A stretch of DNA of 64,000 nt from Myxococcota bacterium (GTDB lineage Bacteria; Myxococcota_A; UBA9160; PR03), in the NCBI GenBank assembly GCA_041611735.1, contig JBFIML010000022.1:1-64000 (forward strand), written 5' to 3'. Below, in pieces: positions 59,657 through 64,000 of the stretch. Below the pieces are notes generated by a model. That model saw nothing but the letters and a program-made list of their open reading frames with translations, was not told the origin of the DNA and made no database searches. The translations under genes and the position numbers were made by a program. Position 1 is the stretch's first letter. Every line of letters starts with the position of its first letter.

Positions 59657-61003
59657 TTGAGGATCGAGCCCGCTGACGCGGAGCCTCCCTCGCGTGGCTG
59701 CGAGCCCGCGAACCGTACCCGAAACCCGACCCGAACGACCCTGACCCAAGTGACCCCCGAGGCGGCCGGCCCGGCCCCGGGCTGGGGGGATCCCGGCGGC
59801 TTCGTGACCGGCGAGCGCGCCCGCGCCTTCCGGGCCCGCAGCTTCCCGGAGGCCAGCGAGGCCCAGTGGAACGACTGGACCTGGCAGCTCCGCCAGCGCA
59901 TCCGGGACCTCCCGGCCCTGGAGGCCGCGCTCAAGCTGGCTCCCCAGGAGCGGGGGGCGGTGGAGCGGATCGGCGGGCGCCTCCCGGTGGGGATCACGCC
60001 CTACTACGCGTCGCTCATGGACCCGGAGGACCCGGAGGAGGCGATCCGCCGCACCATGGTGCCCGTGGGGGCCGAGCTGCTGCGCACGCCGGGCGAAGCG
60101 GACGACCCGCTCGGCGAGGACGCCGACAGCCCGGTCCCGGGGCTCGTGCACCGCTATCCGGACCGTGTGCTCTTCCTGGTGACCAACTTCTGCGCCACCT
60201 ACTGCCGCTACTGCACTCGCGCGCGCATGGTCGGGCACACGGGGGAGTACCACTTCAACACGGCCCAGTACGAGCAGGCGCTGGCCTACATCGCCTCGCA
60301 TCCGGAGGTGCGGGACGTGCTGCTCTCGGGTGGAGATCCGCTCACGATGGGCGACGCCCGGCTCGACTGGCTGCTCACGCGGCTGCGGGCGATCCCACAC
60401 GTGGAGTTCCTGCGCATCGGCACCAAGGTCCCCGTCGTGCTTCCCCAACGCATCACTCCCGAACTCGTGCGCATGCTGCGGCGCCACCATCCGCTCTGGA
60501 TGAGCATCCACTTCATGCATCCCGCGGAGCTCACGCCGGAGGTGCGCCAGGCCTGCGAGCGACTGGCCGACGCGGGCATCCCCACCGGCAGCCAGACCGT
60601 GCTGGTGCGCGGTGTGAACGACGACGTGGAGACCATGAAGCAGCTCGTCCACGGTCTGCTGCGCATCCGCGTGCGGCCCTACTACGTCTACCAGTGCGAC
60701 CCCATCTCCGGCTCGGGGCACCTGCGGACGCCCATCGAGAGGGGGCTCGAGATCATGGCGGGGCTGCGGGGCTACACCACCGGCTACGCCTGCCCCACCT
60801 TCGTGGTGGACGCTCCCGGCGGCGGCGGGAAGATCGCTTTGCTCCCCGACGCGCTGGTGGGCCGCGACGGCGACTGGGTGCTTTTGCGCAACTGGGAAGG
60901 GAAGATCTCCCGCTACCCGGATCCGCTCCCGGAGGACGGCCCCGCCCTGGAGCCGTCGGCCTGGCCCGGCAACGGTGCGGACGAGGCGCCCCATGTCTGC
61001 TGA
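59657..61003 (+). CDS. kamA: KamA-family radical SAM enzyme, probable lysine 2,3-aminomutase
   Basis: WNDWTWQL, HRYPDR, CATYCRYC, SGGDPL, RIGT, YQCD, VVDAPGGGGK (PLP lysine). Confidence 0.92.
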   Translation: MRIEPADAEPPSRGCEPANRTRNPTRTTLTQVTPEAAGPAPGWGDPGGFVTGERARAFRARSFPEASEAQWNDWTWQLRQRIRDLPALEAALKLAPQERGAVERIGGRLPVGITPYYASLMDPEDPEEAIRRTMVPVGAELLRTPGEADDPLGEDADSPVPGLVHRYPDRVLFLVTNFCATYCRYCTRARMVGHTGEYHFNTAQYEQALAYIASHPEVRDVLLSGGDPLTMGDARLDWLLTRLRAIPHVEFLRIGTKVPVVLPQRITPELVRMLRRHHPLWMSIHFMHPAELTPEVRQACERLADAGIPTGSQTVLVRGVNDDVETMKQLVHGLLRIRVRPYYVYQCDPISGSGHLRTPIERGLEIMAGLRGYTTGYACPTFVVDAPGGGGKIALLPDALVGRDGDWVLLRNWEGKISRYPDPLPEDGPALEPSAWPGNGADEAPHVC

Positions 61004-61526
61004 GGCCTCCGCTGCGCAGCCGCGCGACGCCCCGGCGGTCTGGGGCTGCGCGCTCCACGCCCGGCTCGGGAAGACCTGCTGCCAGACCTGCGAGGTGCTG
61101 GTCACCGAGGGCGACAAGCGGCGCATCGAGGACTGGACCGGTGGCCGCGACTTCTGGGAGCTCCGGGCCCCGGAGGACCCGGTCTACCTCCAGCAGGACG
61201 ACGACCCCAACTGGCTGGCCTGGGCCTTCCGGCCCGACGGCACCCGGCCGATCCTGAAGCGACGCCCGGGCGGGGACTGCAGCTTCCTGGGTGCGGCCGG
61301 CTGCACGCTGCCCGTGGAGGTGCGTCCCCTGGTGTGCCGCCTCTACCCCTACACCTACACCGAACGCGGCATCGACGGAGTCTCGAACGGCTGCCCCCAG
61401 GAGGTGATCCCGCCCGGGCGCACCCTCCTCGAGGTGCTCGACATGCGGCGCGAGGACGCCGAGCGCTGGCATCGCATGCTCTACACGGAGCTGCGCACGC
61501 GGCGGCCGGTGCAGGACGCGCCATGA
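60993..61526 (+). CDS. YkgJ/CxxCxxCC-family cysteine-cluster protein
   Basis: C..TCCQTC, CSFLGAAGC, RPLVCRLYP, GCP motifs. Confidence 0.85.
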   Translation: MSAEASAAQPRDAPAVWGCALHARLGKTCCQTCEVLVTEGDKRRIEDWTGGRDFWELRAPEDPVYLQQDDDPNWLAWAFRPDGTRPILKRRPGGDCSFLGAAGCTLPVEVRPLVCRLYPYTYTERGIDGVSNGCPQEVIPPGRTLLEVLDMRREDAERWHRMLYTELRTRRPVQDAP

Positions 61527-62515
61527 GGATCGGGCTCGTCTACGACCTGCGCTCCGACTACCTGGCCGCCGGCTATGGCGACGAGGAGACCGCCGAGTTC
61601 GACCGCGAGAGCACGATCGACGCCATCGAGTCGGCGCTTTGCGAGCTCGGCCACGAGACCGAGCGGATCGGGAGCCTGCGCGCACTCCTGCCGCGGCTGG
61701 TGGCGGGTGCGCGCTGGGACCTGGTCTTCAATACCGCCGAGGGGTTGCGCGGCGTGGCCCGGGAAGCCGAGGTGCCAGCGCTGCTGGATGCCTTCGAGAT
61801 CCCCTACACCTTCTCGGACCCGCTGGTCTGCGCCTTGACGTTGCACAAGGCCATGGCCAAGCGCGTGCTGCGCGACCTGGGCCTGCCCACCGCCGACTTC
61901 CGTCTGGTGGCGAACGAAGCCGACGCGAGCCGCGTGGATCTTCCCTTGCCGCTGTTCGTGAAGCCCCTGGCCGAGGGCACCGCCAAGGGCATCGACGGCC
62001 GCTCCCGCGTCGCGACGCGCGGCGAGCTCCTGGAGCGCTGTCGGCACATCCTGGCCAGCTACCGGCAGCCGGCCCTGGTGGAGCCCTACCTCCCGGGACG
62101 CGAGTTCACCGTGGGCGTCACGGGGACCGGCGCGGACGCGCTCGCCGTCGGCACACTGGAGGTCCTGCTGGGCCGGGGCGCGGAGCCCCACGCCTACACC
62201 TATCTGAACAAGGAGCGCTGCGAGGAGCTGTGCGAGCTGCGGCTCGTGGGCCCGCAGCAGGCGGCCGAGGCGGAGGCGCTCGCCCTGGCGGCTTGGCGCG
62301 GGCTGGGGGGCCGGGATGCCGGACGCGTCGACCTGCGAGCCGACGCCGAGGGGCGGCTGCTGCTGCTGGAGGTGAACCCGCTTCCCGGGCTGCACCCCAC
62401 CCACTCGGATCTCCCCATGATCGCCACGGCGCGTGGGATCGCCTATCGCGACCTGATCCGGAGCATCGTGGATTCCGCGGCCAAGCGGGGAGCGCCGCGC
62501 GCGGGCATGGCGTGA
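61523..62515 (+). CDS. D-Ala-D-Ala ligase-like ATP-grasp enzyme 1
   Basis: VFNTAEG, IPYTFS, FVKP..EG, GREF, GRVDLR, LEVNPLPG. ATGA overlap. Confidence 0.9.
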   Translation: MRIGLVYDLRSDYLAAGYGDEETAEFDRESTIDAIESALCELGHETERIGSLRALLPRLVAGARWDLVFNTAEGLRGVAREAEVPALLDAFEIPYTFSDPLVCALTLHKAMAKRVLRDLGLPTADFRLVANEADASRVDLPLPLFVKPLAEGTAKGIDGRSRVATRGELLERCRHILASYRQPALVEPYLPGREFTVGVTGTGADALAVGTLEVLLGRGAEPHAYTYLNKERCEELCELRLVGPQQAAEAEALALAAWRGLGGRDAGRVDLRADAEGRLLLLEVNPLPGLHPTHSDLPMIATARGIAYRDLIRSIVDSAAKRGAPRAGMA

Positions 62516-63528
62516 AGATCGCCCTGCTGCACGACGCCCCGGCCGCCTGCGCCCGGCCCGACGAACTCGACGGCCTCGCCCAGGCGCGCACCGTGTCGGC
62601 GGCCCTCGCCGAGGCGGGCCACACGGTGATCCCGGTGCCCGTGTCGCTCGACCTCGCCGGGCTGGCGCGGACCCTCGGCGGCATGGCCCCCCAGCGCGTC
62701 TTCAATCTGGTGGAGGCGCCGGGGGGGCGCGGCTGCTGGATCCACTGGATTCCCACGCTGCTCGAGGGTCTCGGGCTTTCCTTCACGGGCGCCGGCAGTG
62801 CGGCCACGTTCCTGACCTCCCACAAGGTGATGGCCAAGCGATGGCTCCGGGCCCACGGCCTCCCGACGCCGGAGTGGTTCACGGGAGATCTGCCGACGAC
62901 CCTCGACGCGGTACCCTCCCGCTGGGTGATCAAGTCGATCTGGGAGGACGCATCCCTCGGCCTCGACGACACCTCCGTCGTCCGGGCCGAGCCCGGGCCG
63001 CGGCTCGCCGCGGAGCTGGCCCGTCGCGCACCCCGGCTCGGCGGCGCCGCCTTCGCCGAGACCTATGTGGAAGGCCGGGAGTTCAACCTCTCGCTGCTTG
63101 CCAAGGGAGCGGACGCGGAGGTGCTGCCCCCGGCCGAGATCCGCTTCGAGGCCTGGCCGCCCGGCAAGCCGCGCCTGGTGGGCTACGCCGCCAAGTGGGA
63201 CGCAGACGCCTTCGAGTACCGGAACACGCCGCGCTGCTTCGACCTGGTCGCTACCGACGCTCCCCTGGTCCGCCGTCTCGAGGAGCTCGCGCGTCGCTGC
63301 TGGCGGGTGTTCGGCCTCTCCGGCTGGGCGCGCGTGGACTTCCGGGTGGACGGGTCCGGGCGGCCCTGGATCCTCGAGCTGAACGCGAATCCCTGCCTCT
63401 CGCCCGACGCGGGCTTCCTGGCCGCGGCGGAGCGGGCGAACCTCGGACTGCGCGACGTGCTGGAGCGCATCGTCGCCGCCGCTGGCCCGGGTGGCCGGCG
63501 CGCGCGAGGGCCGGCCGACCCGCCCTGA
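62512..63528 (+). CDS. D-Ala-D-Ala ligase-like ATP-grasp enzyme 2
   Basis: VFNLVE, FTGA, IKS..EDAS, GREF, YAAKW, ARVDFR, LELNANP. GTGA overlap. Confidence 0.9.
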   Translation: MKIALLHDAPAACARPDELDGLAQARTVSAALAEAGHTVIPVPVSLDLAGLARTLGGMAPQRVFNLVEAPGGRGCWIHWIPTLLEGLGLSFTGAGSAATFLTSHKVMAKRWLRAHGLPTPEWFTGDLPTTLDAVPSRWVIKSIWEDASLGLDDTSVVRAEPGPRLAAELARRAPRLGGAAFAETYVEGREFNLSLLAKGADAEVLPPAEIRFEAWPPGKPRLVGYAAKWDADAFEYRNTPRCFDLVATDAPLVRRLEELARRCWRVFGLSGWARVDFRVDGSGRPWILELNANPCLSPDAGFLAAAERANLGLRDVLERIVAAAGPGGRRARGPADPP

Positions 63529-64000
63529 TGTTCCGCGTCCGCCGCATCCTCGACGACGTCCTCGAGCTCGACGGCCAGGCCATCGCCCAGGTGCAGGAGA
63601 TCCTGCGCGCCCAGTTCCGCGCCGTGCCCCCGGCGGATGTGGCGAGCCTGCCGGGACGCCTGCGCAATCCGCTCAAGTATCACTTCCGGACCCTGCTCTT
63701 CGTGGCGGACGATCTCCAGGGCCGGGTGCGCGGCTTCGCCCTGGTCTCCCACGACCCGGAGGCTCGTTCCCTCTTCCTGGACTACATCGCGAGCGGCAAG
63801 CGCCTGACCGGCGGCGGGGTGGGCGGCGCCCTCTACGGCCGGGTGCGCGAGGAAGCCCGTGCCCTCGACGCGATCGGGATCTTCTTCGAGTGTCCGCCCG
63901 ACGACCCGGAGGACTGCGAGAGCAAGGCCGAGCATCGCGCCAACGTGGCCCGCTTGCGCTTCTACGAACGCTTCGGCGCGCGGCCCCTGGAGGGGGTGGC
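63528..64000 (+). CDS. GNAT-domain protein, 3'-partial (absent from the ORF track)
   Basis: TGATG overlap. MFRVRRILDD..GFAL..FLDYIAS..TGGGVGGALY..IFFE..RLRFYERFGARP runs off the window end. Confidence 0.8.
   Translation, partial: MFRVRRILDDVLELDGQAIAQVQEILRAQFRAVPPADVASLPGRLRNPLKYHFRTLLFVADDLQGRVRGFALVSHDPEARSLFLDYIASGKRLTGGGVGGALYGRVREEARALDAIGIFFECPPDDPEDCESKAEHRANVARLRFYERFGARPLEGV

Noticed and set aside
59657-61003. EpmB (EF-P modification), lysine-fermentation KamA or glutamate 2,3-aminomutase
   Set aside because: No efp/epmA or kamDE/kdd/kce in the window; the lysine-type Asp residues (YQCD, VVD) are retained.
61523-63528. Housekeeping ddl or van-type resistance ligases
   Set aside because: No mur/fts or vanH/X/R/S context, and the N-termini lack the usual GGxSxE motif.

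Overview
Very GC-rich bacterial chromosomal segment with about 60 densely packed genes. A PEP-CTERM protein, Tat/lipoprotein substrates, three P450s and two F420-type LLM oxidoreductases suggest a Gram-negative Myxococcota/Deltaproteobacteria-like organism; this taxonomy is inference only. No rRNA, tRNA, CRISPR array, prophage or intact transposase was recognised. Highlights: (1) a selenoprotein split by the ORF track (5754-6284; in-frame UGA giving U-G-S-C-T-S-C, with a SECIS-like hairpin 11 nt downstream), overlapping a CxxC-containing partner of unknown function; (2) a coupled operon at the right edge of lysine 2,3-aminomutase, a YkgJ-type Cys-cluster protein, two Ddl-like ATP-grasp ligases and a GNAT, a plausible uncharacterised beta-lysine peptide pathway; (3) an NHEJ neighbourhood (ligD, ku, MerR-HTH/TPR gene, DUF72, compact class II RNR, MORN-variant protein), close to an OLD-like ATPase whose catalytic motifs are degenerate; (4) decayed or broken genes (double-frameshifted nitroreductase, truncated Ada/Ogt, DUF2089 remnant), a 23-nt repeat anchored on CTAG stop codons, and many apparently leaderless promoters. 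Start codons were chosen by eye and family calls come from recognised motifs, not database searches.
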